Part shown: piece after piece, positions 37,939-47,563 of the stretch
Numbering within the stretch: the first letter of the stretch is position 1
Layout: each line of letters starts with the position of its first letter
Source: Marispirochaeta sp.
GTDB taxonomy: Bacteria > Spirochaetota > Spirochaetia > JC444 > Marispirochaetaceae
Length of the DNA: 64,000 nt
Reading direction: 5' to 3'
NCBI GenBank assembly: GCA_963676835.2
Contig: CAXXFF010000001.1
Location: 128,001-192,000, forward strand
Translations under genes and position numbers: made by a program
Notes under the pieces: model-generated
Told to the model about the DNA's origin: nothing
The model's database searches: none
What the model saw: the letters and a program-made list of their open reading frames with translations, nothing else

Positions 37939-39357
37939 TCAGCTTTTCTTCTCAACCTGGCCGCTCTTTATCTCACTTTTACTATCTATTGGTTTATCAA
38001 AAACAATAGTAGTACCTTCCAGATCAATAACATCTCCGCTTCTCAGCCTATGCTGCCTTTTAAGCTTGTTATTAACACGAAATTCGTTATCCGAAACCAG
38101 GGTGTAGGTTCCGCCCTGCTTATCATAATTTACTGTGGCATGTCGCGTTTTGAGCCCAGGGTTTCCTGCTATGGTCATATCATCGTTGTTGCCGGAACCG
38201 ATGACAGTAACTTCCTGGGTAAGTTCTACCCTTGTGGAAGGAGAAAAGTTTTTCCCCCTCGGCAGCTGACTCAGCTCTGCCCCGCTTACCGGTTTTTCCC
38301 AGGCCAGTAACAGAAGCAGAAGAATTATTGCGACAGCAAGAATCAGGGCAATAAATATAAGCGGCTGAATACTTGTAGCCGGATCGGACAGAAAATGGGG
38401 AGTAAAATAGACCCCCTCTGCATCAAGCTCATCATACACAAGACTGACTCTGGTGATATCATCTTTTACATATGGCGCACTGAAACTTACCCGGTACTCT
38501 TTGCGAATTTCATCCCGTATCAGGGAGTATATGTCTTTAAGGATCTCCTGATTATCAGCAGAAAAACTGCGTCCACCGGAGGCACTCGCCAGGTTATCCA
38601 GCTCCTTGTCATGGTTACGGCCAATATGAACTGCATAGAGGGTAATACCTTCTTCAATAAGGGCGTTTTTTACAGCCTCGGTTTCGACGCTATCATCACC
38701 ATAAACAGGATGAGTATTTCCACTGTTTGTATAGGGATAATTCTCGCCGTCGGACAAAACAATAATTGCCCTTCTTCCACCGAAAGGCGCAAGCTGTCGG
38801 CCGGCAAGAACAATGGAGCGGTACAATTCAGTGTAGGACTCATCTTTTGTCGGGGACTGAATATTTCTTAATGCCAGGGCATGTTCATCACTCATTCCCT
38901 GAACATCAGAGAGTTTCCGGTAATACGTATTAAAAGCAGAAATACCTACCCGGTCGTTGGGATTATCAATTTCTTCAAGAAATCGATTCACTGCATATAC
39001 AGCTGTCTCATACCGGGGCTTCCCCCCCAGGGTCTCCTCGTGCATGGAGCCTGAATTATCAATCAGAAGAAGAAAGCTGATACCCTGAAGCCGCGGGGCC
39101 TCCTGCTCAACAGATCTGATTGCAAGCTCCTCCCTTGAACCATCATTACCGGTCCTGAATAATGTGAGCCTGTCTGCATCATCTATTTCTGCAGGAGATC
39201 CGTCGGGACCGCGATAGAGAAAATAAAGATCCATGGTGCCGTCAAGAAGCAAAGACCTGTTATCCATCTGGGTAATATCAATTGAATCAGCTACCGCACC
39301 GGTAATTCCTGAAAAGAGAGCTGCAGTAAGTGCCAGCAGAATTAGTTTTTTTATCAT
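37939..39357 (-). CDS. Membrane protein with extracytoplasmic vWA and cytoplasmic FHA domains
   Basis: Signal peptide, MIDAS DNSGS, VLSDGE, TM segment, FHA-like C-terminus (IGS...RHA...LRSGDVI). Confidence 0.85.
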   Translation of the reverse strand: MIKKLILLALTAALFSGITGAVADSIDITQMDNRSLLLDGTMDLYFLYRGPDGSPAEIDDADRLTLFRTGNDGSREELAIRSVEQEAPRLQGISFLLLIDNSGSMHEETLGGKPRYETAVYAVNRFLEEIDNPNDRVGISAFNTYYRKLSDVQGMSDEHALALRNIQSPTKDESYTELYRSIVLAGRQLAPFGGRRAIIVLSDGENYPYTNSGNTHPVYGDDSVETEAVKNALIEEGITLYAVHIGRNHDKELDNLASASGGRSFSADNQEILKDIYSLIRDEIRKEYRVSFSAPYVKDDITRVSLVYDELDAEGVYFTPHFLSDPATSIQPLIFIALILAVAIILLLLLLAWEKPVSGAELSQLPRGKNFSPSTRVELTQEVTVIGSGNNDDMTIAGNPGLKTRHATVNYDKQGGTYTLVSDNEFRVNNKLKRQHRLRSGDVIDLEGTTIVFDKPIDSKSEIKSGQVEKKS

Positions 39358-39367
39358 ACATAATCTC

Positions 39368-40255
39368 CTAGGGAATAAAACGTAATACAGTGCTGCCAAG
39401 TTTAATTACATCATCAAACTTCAATCTGCTCTGGTGTTCTATTTCATCGTTAACGATAATTTTATCTGCAGTACCTGTGGCACTTATCATTAAATCACCA
39501 CTGGTTTTATCTTTGTACAATCGTCCATGTATATCTTTAACACGGCGGTCTCCGGAAAGAAAAACCTCGCATTTTGGGGATGAACCGATATTAACGCTAT
39601 GTTTGTTTACAATGTACTCTTTACCTTTAAAGTCACCGTTCATCACCTTAAGAATCCCGAATCGTCCAAGATAATCTGCAAACCCAAGACCGGTTCCAAT
39701 CAATGCGCCAAGTACAGAAAAGCCGCATATGCGGATGAATGCCGCCGGAAGCGAAGTGAGGTTCAACATTTCAAACAGCAAACCTCCTGCGATACCTCCC
39801 GCAAGCCCTCCGGCCAAACCGAATACTCCGCGACGTAACGATTTTGTACGCAGCCCCTCAATTGCACCAAGGGCAAGTCCCAGAATTGTCCATCCCAGAA
39901 CCCTTGCCGCAGGCAGATAGGCTCTGGTCAATTCTGCCAGCGACACATTTCCTCCACCGCTGAAAAGCAGCAGTACCCACTGGGCAAAAAAGATTGCCAG
40001 AACACCGGCGGGAATGCCTATCAGACCACCGAAGAGAGCTCCCCGGCGGGTTCTCTGTCCAAGGCTTGCACTGATACCTTCTCCCATACCGAGTACAGCA
40101 CCAAAAAAGAGACCGATTACTGCACCAAGGAGAAGCATTCTTATTTGAAAACCTCCGCCGTCAAGGCGCATCAGTATTTCCAGAAAGACACCGGAGGATA
40201 GTCCGGCGGCAAGCCCAAGAAGGGCATACATCAGCTTTTTTAATGTTTTAGTCAT
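39368..40255 (-). CDS. Gly-rich multi-TM protein with C-terminal FHA domain
   Basis: About 6 Gly-rich TM segments followed by IGS...H...VND...LKFDDVIKLG. Confidence 0.8.
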   Translation of the reverse strand: MTKTLKKLMYALLGLAAGLSSGVFLEILMRLDGGGFQIRMLLLGAVIGLFFGAVLGMGEGISASLGQRTRRGALFGGLIGIPAGVLAIFFAQWVLLLFSGGGNVSLAELTRAYLPAARVLGWTILGLALGAIEGLRTKSLRRGVFGLAGGLAGGIAGGLLFEMLNLTSLPAAFIRICGFSVLGALIGTGLGFADYLGRFGILKVMNGDFKGKEYIVNKHSVNIGSSPKCEVFLSGDRRVKDIHGRLYKDKTSGDLMISATGTADKIIVNDEIEHQSRLKFDDVIKLGSTVLRFIP

Positions 40256-40270
40256 TCTTACCTCGTTTAT

Positions 40271-42151
40271 TTAACGCTTTTCTATGGAAAGCTCATTATC
40301 TCCATAGCTAAATTCCAGCCTTATTTTCTGATCCGGGGCAGCACTGAAATCTATACTTTTCTCTGCTTTTTTCAATTTAGCGCTTAGCCGGTAATTTCCG
40401 GGAGTAAGCAGAATATCCCCGGGATAGGGTCTAACCATCTGCACCGGGACAAGTGCATAGTTCCCCTCTTTTCCCTGCCTGCTGTAGGTTCTGATAAAGG
40501 TTGTGCCGTTTATCTCCAGCTCTGTGCCTTCAGGCAGACCGGACAAGGAAAGCACCACTGGCAGCGGCAGGAGATCCGCAGATAGCGTAAGATGTGTTTC
40601 TTCGGGTTTAATAAAGAGAGAGTACATCTGCTCGACATATCCCGGTGCATTAATCCTGAACTTCCACACCTTGCCGGATGAGACAGCAGCCTGTGAAATA
40701 TTCATGACCCGTCCCTGATTGTCCTCCACAGAAACATATGCAGAATCAATAATACTTCTTCCGGTAAGGGCATCAGTAATATCCAGTTTCATGTTAACCG
40801 CATATGAATCTTTAACAGGGACAGAAACCTTTTCTGTATGTGCCCAGGCGCCGGGCTGCTCTTTGATCTTACTCTGGCCGGGCTGAACAAAACTGTTCCA
40901 GATAATATGACCGCCCCAGGTGGTTTTTATCCTGTATCCTCCCTCGGGAATAAAAAGCGGTAATGTGGTTAATCTACTGACTTTATCCTGCTCAACAAAA
41001 GGAACCGAAAAAAGTAAGGGTGAAGCTGCCAGGGGTATTTCATTTCCATCATCGGAATAGAGCTGGACCGTAGCTGGTATAGCGCTGTAGGCACCCTGTA
41101 CTTTGGGAATCTCCACCTCTATTCTTAACCGCCCATAGCTGTTATTCCGAAAGAGAGGCTGAATAAGAGTACTGGTATATGCAGCAAAAAGAAGCATCCC
41201 TACACAAACAACACCGGCAGCATACTGTAAAACAGTCTTTACCAGACGCCTTCGAGGCACAGGAGGATGAATATCCTTCTCCCCCCTCACCAGGGCTCCA
41301 ATATATTCCTTTAAATCTTCCTTTTTATAGGGAGCAAGCATTTTTCGTGCCTGCCGTATTAAAGGATCTACCGAGGAATACCGGCGTTTAGGCCGCGCAT
41401 GCATTGCCTTTTTTATAATTTTAAGCAGCGGTTTTGCAATTCCAGGCACATACTTGTGAGGCCCCGTATACTTACCTTTATGCTTGGCACTGATCAGTTC
41501 AGGGGTAAAGGCACCAGGAAACGGCCGCTTTCCGGTGGACATTTCATAGGCCATAACACCCAGTGAGTAAATATCCGCTTTCCCGTCAACATTACGGGAG
41601 TTCTCAAACTGTTCTGGCGCCATATAGGAAGGAGTCCCAAGGGTCATCCCCTCGCTGGTAAGGCCCGAATCGGTATCGTCCGCAGAAGCGGCTATCCCGA
41701 AATCAGCAAGTTTAACCGCACCGTCCCTTGAGAGAAGAATGTTCGCAGGCTTTATATCACGGTGCACAACACCTCTGTTGTGAGCATAGCCGAGAGCCTT
41801 GGAAGCATGCAGCAGAATATAGGCACAGACAACCGAATCAAGATAGCGGTGTTCTTTAATAAGACCTTCCAGAGAAAGCCCTTCAACATATTCCATGACA
41901 ATAAAAAAGGAGCTTCCCTGTTTGAAATGGTCGAAAACGGTAACAATATCGTCATGATGGAAGTCCATGAGTATCCTGGCTTCCCGCTTGAAACGCTCCC
42001 CGAAGGTTGATTTTCCTCTGAGAGTAAGTTTTTTCAATATAATCGGACGGTTCAGTGTGGGATGCATGGCTTTGTAGACAGCCCCCATTCCGCCTCTGGC
42101 AATCAGGGTTACATCACTGTATTTACCAACAGTCAGTGATTCTTTAGCCAT
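40271..42151 (-). CDS. Hanks-type Ser/Thr protein kinase, membrane anchored
   Basis: GGMGAVY, HRDIKPANILL, DFG, GTPSYMAPE, DIYSLG; TM segment and beta-rich C-terminus. Confidence 0.93.
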   Translation of the reverse strand: MAKESLTVGKYSDVTLIARGGMGAVYKAMHPTLNRPIILKKLTLRGKSTFGERFKREARILMDFHHDDIVTVFDHFKQGSSFFIVMEYVEGLSLEGLIKEHRYLDSVVCAYILLHASKALGYAHNRGVVHRDIKPANILLSRDGAVKLADFGIAASADDTDSGLTSEGMTLGTPSYMAPEQFENSRNVDGKADIYSLGVMAYEMSTGKRPFPGAFTPELISAKHKGKYTGPHKYVPGIAKPLLKIIKKAMHARPKRRYSSVDPLIRQARKMLAPYKKEDLKEYIGALVRGEKDIHPPVPRRRLVKTVLQYAAGVVCVGMLLFAAYTSTLIQPLFRNNSYGRLRIEVEIPKVQGAYSAIPATVQLYSDDGNEIPLAASPLLFSVPFVEQDKVSRLTTLPLFIPEGGYRIKTTWGGHIIWNSFVQPGQSKIKEQPGAWAHTEKVSVPVKDSYAVNMKLDITDALTGRSIIDSAYVSVEDNQGRVMNISQAAVSSGKVWKFRINAPGYVEQMYSLFIKPEETHLTLSADLLPLPVVLSLSGLPEGTELEINGTTFIRTYSRQGKEGNYALVPVQMVRPYPGDILLTPGNYRLSAKLKKAEKSIDFSAAPDQKIRLEFSYGDNELSIEKR

Positions 42152-42153
42152 TA

Positions 42154-43173
42154 CTACACCTCAAGCTTATCCATTGGAAGTTTTATAATCTGCTCTTCGG
42201 GATCAAACCCCTCACCCTGACGTACAATGGCGACAGGATATGTGACAGGGCTGTTAATCTGGACGAAGCGCTTATCGCTGCGCAGTGCATAACCGCTGGA
42301 AGTTGGCCGGTGACCACCGAAGCAGATTGATTCGCTTCTCCCCGGAAAGAAGCTCTCCAGAGTACCGGCTACGCTGCCCTCCTCGGCTTCTCCATTACTG
42401 GTCCAGGTTAATCCGTAGATAACTTCATCGTTTTCATATGCGTGAATAATCTGCTCCCGGGTGTATACCTGCTCAGGTTCGGCATGGGTTACCAGAAACC
42501 CGTCACCCCGGGCAGCCAGAGGAAGAAGCTTTTCATAATCATACAAAGCCGAAAAGCAATCATCCCCAAGAAAACGGGTAACCCAGAGTCGCACCATTTC
42601 TCCTTCATGCACAAACTTGCGAAAGCCGTAATTACCGGAACCGGTCTCATTGGCTATATTCTCATGATTCCCTTTCAGAAAGAAAAAATTAAGGGGATAA
42701 TATGATTTAACTTCCAGTATCATCTGGAGCAGCCGGAGATTATCTGTCATCTCATCGTCTATAGCACGGGTCTTGCGGTAGTTATCCGAAAACTCACGGT
42801 AGGCTCTCTCCCAGCGCTCCTTAACCGGAGCTTCCCCGTGAAAAGCATCACCCACACAGACCACATTGCCCCGATCCTCGGACATGAGCTCAAGAAAACT
42901 CTTTCCCTGATACAAGGGCAGTGTAACTGCCTTAAAAAAGAAGTCTCTTCGTCCATGCAGGTCTGGAATAATCAGAGTAGGTACATTAACAGAGAGATTA
43001 ACCAGTCCGCCGGGATTTCCATCTGTCATGGCCGGACGTACCGAGAGAGGAAGATTTTTCATAATCTCCATGGTACGAACCAGCTCCTCCCGAAGATAGT
43101 CGCCCCCGGGAGGAGTAGATTCAAAGCGGTACTCCGTCAGTTGTTGATACAGATTATCTATGTCCATTTTCAT
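42154..43173 (-). CDS. Calcineurin-like metallophosphoesterase (PPP-type phosphatase)
   Basis: DLHG, GD, GNHE, THA, GGH motifs. Confidence 0.85.
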   Translation of the reverse strand: MKMDIDNLYQQLTEYRFESTPPGGDYLREELVRTMEIMKNLPLSVRPAMTDGNPGGLVNLSVNVPTLIIPDLHGRRDFFFKAVTLPLYQGKSFLELMSEDRGNVVCVGDAFHGEAPVKERWERAYREFSDNYRKTRAIDDEMTDNLRLLQMILEVKSYYPLNFFFLKGNHENIANETGSGNYGFRKFVHEGEMVRLWVTRFLGDDCFSALYDYEKLLPLAARGDGFLVTHAEPEQVYTREQIIHAYENDEVIYGLTWTSNGEAEEGSVAGTLESFFPGRSESICFGGHRPTSSGYALRSDKRFVQINSPVTYPVAIVRQGEGFDPEEQIIKLPMDKLEV

Positions 43174-43181
43174 TCCGGGGC

Positions 43182-43718
43182 TTAATCACCGGAAATTATA
43201 GTTCGGTTTACCTCTGCAAAATCCTCAGCCAGAACCTGAGTAACTTCCGCAAGGAGCTCTTCCTCTTCCTCTGATGCAAGGTCTTCGGTGAAAACCGCCA
43301 TTTTATATATACGGGAACTGCTTTTTATTGGTCCGCGGCTGAAGCGGACAATCTCATCAGCTTTTATCTCTCCATCAACCTCAGAATCCGCCTCTTCTGC
43401 AAACTCCGGAACATCACCTCTCAGGCCGATACTTGCATAGGTTGACGACCGTTTCCCGTCGATTACCGGACCGATATTAAGAAGAGAACCGGAATAGGTA
43501 AGCAGCAGAAGAGCCCCGTCATTTGAAGCGGGATCAAATTCTTCCACCATCTCCATCTTTTTGTCTTCAAGCTGTTTACTGAAAGCTTCTTCTTTTTCAA
43601 GCCAGCCTTTAGCCAGCAGTTCGAGAGCCTCCTGGTCATCATCTACCTGAATAGAACCGGTCAATCCTGACAGGTGGCTTGCTACATTCTCATCTAACTG
43701 ATCATAAAATTCACCCAT
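43182..43718 (-). CDS. Acidic hypothetical protein, paralogue of the N-terminal domain of 43848-44708
   Basis: GGAGG RBS; shared W.EK, LT.SGSLL..GP, YASI..R.DVP, F...NR blocks. Confidence 0.8.
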   Translation of the reverse strand: MGEFYDQLDENVASHLSGLTGSIQVDDDQEALELLAKGWLEKEEAFSKQLEDKKMEMVEEFDPASNDGALLLLTYSGSLLNIGPVIDGKRSSTYASIGLRGDVPEFAEEADSEVDGEIKADEIVRFSRGPIKSSSRIYKMAVFTEDLASEEEEELLAEVTQVLAEDFAEVNRTIISGD

Positions 43719-43847
43719 TTTTGTCCTCCATTACCAGAAGAAGCTAACCCTATTTTCCACATTAATCCATTATATTCGGGTAATTTTGAAAAAAAGGATT
43801 ATACTAATGGTAACACACAGTATATCAGTATGTTACAGGGGGCATAT

Positions 43848-44708
43848 ATGGCATTCAAAACACTACCCGAATCAATTCAGAGACATCTCGAAAGCTTATC
43901 CGGAAATTTACCTGATGATTCAGAGAATCCCCTGGAAAACCTGGCCAGAGTCTGGGAAGAGAAAGAGATGCTTTTTCGTGAACAGATCTATGCCATTGGA
44001 ATGGAACTGATGGAAACCGTTAATCCCGCGGATGGGAACGGTATATTAGCTCTTACCAGCTCCGGATCACTCCTTAGTCTGGGCCCGGGAAAAGAAGAAC
44101 GTCGCCTAGAATATGCAAGCATTAAAATTCGCACGGATGTTCCGGATATTCTTGTAGACCAGATAACCCGGTTCCCGGTAGAGATTACCTGCGGGAAGCC
44201 TGTAAGCTTTCCGGCGGGGAGAATAAGTAAAACAAGTGCGGTATACCTTATTGCAGCCTGTGCGGCAGATGTGCCCATAGAAGAGCAGGATAAACGTATA
44301 CGCGAAGCCACAATCTATCTCACAAACGGCTTCATGCAGCTGAACCGGTCTCTGCATCTGGACCCCTCCTCAGTTCCGGATCAATTTACCATGAAAAGCA
44401 TGGTTCGCTACATCGGGAAAAAAAACGGGACCACCGCTGCGGAGGCGAAGAAAATTATCGATGATTTTCTTCTTCTGGTAGAGACGGGAATCTGTCTGGG
44501 AGAAAAAGTCCCGCTGGGAAGAATAGGTCGTTTCAGTCTTAAGTGGCAGGAGGCGAGAAAAGCACGGGTGGTAAAACATCCGGGAACCGGTGAAGAGATG
44601 ACGGTGGAAGCAAAACCGGCCACGGCGGTGCCGAGAATATCCTTTTCAACATATCTTAAGGAAAGACTTGGAGAAATCCCTCAGAAAGGCGGAACAATAG
44701 AACGGTAA
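43848..44708 (+). CDS. Unrecognised domain fused to HU/IHF-family DNA-binding domain
   Basis: C-terminus GEKVPLGRIGRF.....KARVVKHPGTGEEMTVEAKPA...P..SFS..LK is HU-like. Confidence 0.85.
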   Translation: MAFKTLPESIQRHLESLSGNLPDDSENPLENLARVWEEKEMLFREQIYAIGMELMETVNPADGNGILALTSSGSLLSLGPGKEERRLEYASIKIRTDVPDILVDQITRFPVEITCGKPVSFPAGRISKTSAVYLIAACAADVPIEEQDKRIREATIYLTNGFMQLNRSLHLDPSSVPDQFTMKSMVRYIGKKNGTTAAEAKKIIDDFLLLVETGICLGEKVPLGRIGRFSLKWQEARKARVVKHPGTGEEMTVEAKPATAVPRISFSTYLKERLGEIPQKGGTIER

Positions 44709-44748
44709 TACCTGAACTTTCAGGTCTGATTTCTTTTTCTGCTTTTTT

Positions 44749-45561
44749 CTACTTTCTGGGAGCCAGGGAGGGGTCAACGGGTTTACCGTTTTTGTAAACG
44801 AAGAAGTAGACCTTGGCCTCCTCCTTCTCTGAACTGCCGGTGGTTAGACCTATCTTCTGCCCCGGGCTGACTGAATCACCAACATCCACAAGGGTGTCAC
44901 CATTACCACCGTAGGCAAAAATATGTTTGTCAGGGGATTCCACCATTATAATTTTTCCATATCCGTGATACGGGGCAACCCAGATTACCTTGCCGGACGA
45001 TACAGACAAAACCGGATCACCGTTGTTTGCGGCAATCTCCTTGCCTACCAGCTTACCTGCAAGATCAGCCTGATTACCATTATGGGGCCAGAAATAGCCG
45101 GATTGATCCGTATCATCCGGTTTCTGGACAATTACAACCGGGTCTTTATCGTCATCATCGCGAACTTCTATATTTTCATCACCGGGAATTTTCAGGACCT
45201 GACCGACTTTAAGCAAAGTTCCCTGACGAATACCATTGATTCTGTAAAGCTCATCCAGAGAAATTTCATTATCCCTGGCAATAGCATAGTAGGTGTCACC
45301 CCGTTCTACTGTATAACTGCTGTAAGCAGCAATCTCCGGGGTTTCGTCTGTTCCGGGTATCCTTATTCTCATTCCTACCCGAAGATCAGTAACATCCTGT
45401 ATATTATTCGCAGCCTGGATATCCTCAACTGAAATACCGTATTTCACGGACAGGCGGTATAGGGTTTCCCCTTTCTGCAGTTCATGGTACGAGTCTGCCC
45501 ATAAACTGAAGGTTCCGAAAATACAAAATATCCATAATGCTCTAATTAATCGTTTTTCCAT
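44749..45561 (-). CDS. LysM x2 plus degenerate M23 peptidase domain protein
   Basis: Two LysM repeats (KGETLYRLS, RGDTYYAIA); M23 fold (YFWP, GYGK, PVDP) lacking HxxxD/HxH. Confidence 0.85.
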   Translation of the reverse strand: MEKRLIRALWIFCIFGTFSLWADSYHELQKGETLYRLSVKYGISVEDIQAANNIQDVTDLRVGMRIRIPGTDETPEIAAYSSYTVERGDTYYAIARDNEISLDELYRINGIRQGTLLKVGQVLKIPGDENIEVRDDDDKDPVVIVQKPDDTDQSGYFWPHNGNQADLAGKLVGKEIAANNGDPVLSVSSGKVIWVAPYHGYGKIIMVESPDKHIFAYGGNGDTLVDVGDSVSPGQKIGLTTGSSEKEEAKVYFFVYKNGKPVDPSLAPRK

Positions 45562-45695
45562 TGTCTGTTATATAGTCGGCCTGGCTTTTTTAAAACTTCA
45601 CCGGGGGCGGTTCCTACTGGCAAAAGCATGCAAAAAAGTAAGCACTCGCACTAAACATATGTTTATTTTGCAGGATTCTAAAGGTGCAGATGCAC

Positions 45696-45728
45696 AAAAA
45701 AGGCCATGCCTTTCAGCATGACCTTTTA
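45696..45728 (-). terminator. Terminator after tRNA-Asp/tRNA-Pro
   Basis: AAAAAAGGCCATGC-ctttca-GCATGACCTTTT. Confidence 0.7.
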
Positions 45729-45800
45729 TCGGGCTGGGGGGATTTGAACCCCCGACTTCTTGATCCCGAACCAAGCGCGCTCCCACTGCGCTACAGCCCG
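45729..45800 (-). tRNA. tRNA-Pro (CGG)
   Basis: CGGGCTGTAGCGCAGTGGGAGCGCGCTTGGTT-CGG-GATCAAGAAGTCGGGGGTTCAAATCCCCCCAGCCCGA. Confidence 0.95.
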
Positions 45801-45816
45801 AATCCCCAGTGGGGTA

Positions 45817-45890
45817 CGGGAGTGACGGGACTTGAACCCGCGGTCTCCGGCTTGACAGGCCGGCGCGATAACCAGCTTCGCCACACCCCC
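45817..45890 (-). tRNA. tRNA-Asp (GTC)
   Basis: GGGGGTGTGGCGAAGCTGGTTATCGCGCCGGCCT-GTC-AAGCCGGAGACCGCGGGTTCAAGTCCCGTCACTCCCG. Confidence 0.95.
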
Positions 45891-46031
45891 ATAGATGAGT
45901 TGAAAATATATAGGAAGCAGATTCCCCTGTCAAGGTATCAGGATATTCCTGAAAACAGCTTTGATTGACAAAGCCTAGGGGCCGTGATACCGTTGTCCGG
46001 TTACATATTACGGCAATAATGGGGATACCAG

Positions 46032-47561
46032 ATGGCACAAAAGGACGCCGACAGCAAAGGCAAAAAGTCAACTAAAGCATCACAGGATACCGCCCGTCCC
46101 AAGAGACGCCGGCAGCATCCGTGGCTCTATATTTTCAGTATTTTTATTCTTGTTCTTATTGTAGTTACTTTTATCGGTGCACCTCTATTGACCGGATCAT
46201 CCGGAGGCAGCGGGATTGTATTCGGTAACTATAACGGTACTGATATTGAGTATGTACCGGGAAATTATCTTTCACGACAGAAAGATTCCATAGCCGACCA
46301 GCTGAGCGCTTCGGGACAGGACATGAACGTCGACCAGGCAGCTTTTCAGGTTTGGCTCGGAGCGTTTCAGAACACTGTAATTCATACGGCAATTCTGGAT
46401 GAATCAGAAAAAAGCGGGGTTCAGATCAGTGACGAATCAATTGACAAAGCCCTCGCCGAGTATCCCGGATATCAGGTAGACGGTAAGTTTAATGCTGAAA
46501 AATACCGGTCTACACCCAATCTTGAAAAAGCCCAGATACGCAAATATTACCGGGATTCCCTCATTTCAAGCCAGTACCGGAACGACTTGAAATACGGTGT
46601 TAAATCGTCTGAAGCAGAAAAAGAGTTCATACAGGCGATGACCACCCCGGAATACAGTTTTTCATATCAGCGAATCAACTTTGACCAGTTTCCTGTGGAC
46701 CTTATCGCTGCATACGCTTCCGAACAGAAAGATCTTTTCCGGAAAATCAATGTCAGCAGAATTATGATTCAAAGCAGCAAAGAGTCTGCCGATTCAGTCT
46801 ACAATCAGCTGGAAAAAGATCCTGCCCTCTTCGATGAACTTGCCAGAACCCAGTCCAAAGACGGTTATGCCGAAAGCGGCGGCTATATCGGCTGGCAGTA
46901 TTACTACAGTCTTTCCAACGAGCTTAACGATGAAGATGCGGTACAACAGATTTTCAGCCTCGCCGCAGATACTGTTTCTCCGGTTATCGAAACCAGCTAC
47001 GGCTGGCTTATTTACAAATGTAACGAAGCAGTAGCCGATGTTGATACCGGTGACGAAAACGATATCGAAACAGTCAGAAGCTACATGGAACGCTTCGCCA
47101 AGGGTACTATCGAAGACTATCTGATAGAGAAGGCTGAAACTGTTCGAGCGGGCCTTTCAGCTGCTGTGCTTGGAAGCGAAAATATCGAAGGATTTGAAGC
47201 AGGGGAAACCACTTCAGCGCCTCTTAATTACGGAAGGGTTGAAATCTTCAAGCCCCTGAGTGACGTATCAGGTTCCGGTGCGCTTCAGAGTATAGCCGAT
47301 GACGAAGGTTTTCTTACAGAAATTTATTCCCTTAATGAGGGAGAAATCAGTGCTCCCCTGGTATTGAACGATAATGTATACCTCTTCGCAATTAAAGCAA
47401 TTACCGAGCCGGAAGAAGAAGCCCTAAAAGCAACCGGCGCATACTATGCCTATCTCAGCCAGACCTATACAGAGCAGGATATGGGCTCAATGATTCTATC
47501 TTCCGACAAACTCGAAGATAACTTCTTTGCAGTTTTCAGTCAGTATTTTCTCAGTAACTGA
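46032..47561 (+). CDS. SurA/PpiD-like membrane-anchored peptidyl-prolyl isomerase
   Basis: N-terminal TM, SurA-N-like region, parvulin motif FDELARTQSKD...GGYIG, VSPVIETSYG. Confidence 0.85.
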   Translation: MAQKDADSKGKKSTKASQDTARPKRRRQHPWLYIFSIFILVLIVVTFIGAPLLTGSSGGSGIVFGNYNGTDIEYVPGNYLSRQKDSIADQLSASGQDMNVDQAAFQVWLGAFQNTVIHTAILDESEKSGVQISDESIDKALAEYPGYQVDGKFNAEKYRSTPNLEKAQIRKYYRDSLISSQYRNDLKYGVKSSEAEKEFIQAMTTPEYSFSYQRINFDQFPVDLIAAYASEQKDLFRKINVSRIMIQSSKESADSVYNQLEKDPALFDELARTQSKDGYAESGGYIGWQYYYSLSNELNDEDAVQQIFSLAADTVSPVIETSYGWLIYKCNEAVADVDTGDENDIETVRSYMERFAKGTIEDYLIEKAETVRAGLSAAVLGSENIEGFEAGETTSAPLNYGRVEIFKPLSDVSGSGALQSIADDEGFLTEIYSLNEGEISAPLVLNDNVYLFAIKAITEPEEEALKATGAYYAYLSQTYTEQDMGSMILSSDKLEDNFFAVFSQYFLSN

Positions 47562-47563
47562 TA

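Noticed and set aside
37773..44708. Second integrated island at tRNA-Asn
   Set aside because: No integrase and no repeat of the tRNA-Asn 3' end noticed downstream
45598..46071. 157-aa and 94-aa ORFs
   Set aside because: They overlap the tRNA-Asp and tRNA-Pro genes; spurious
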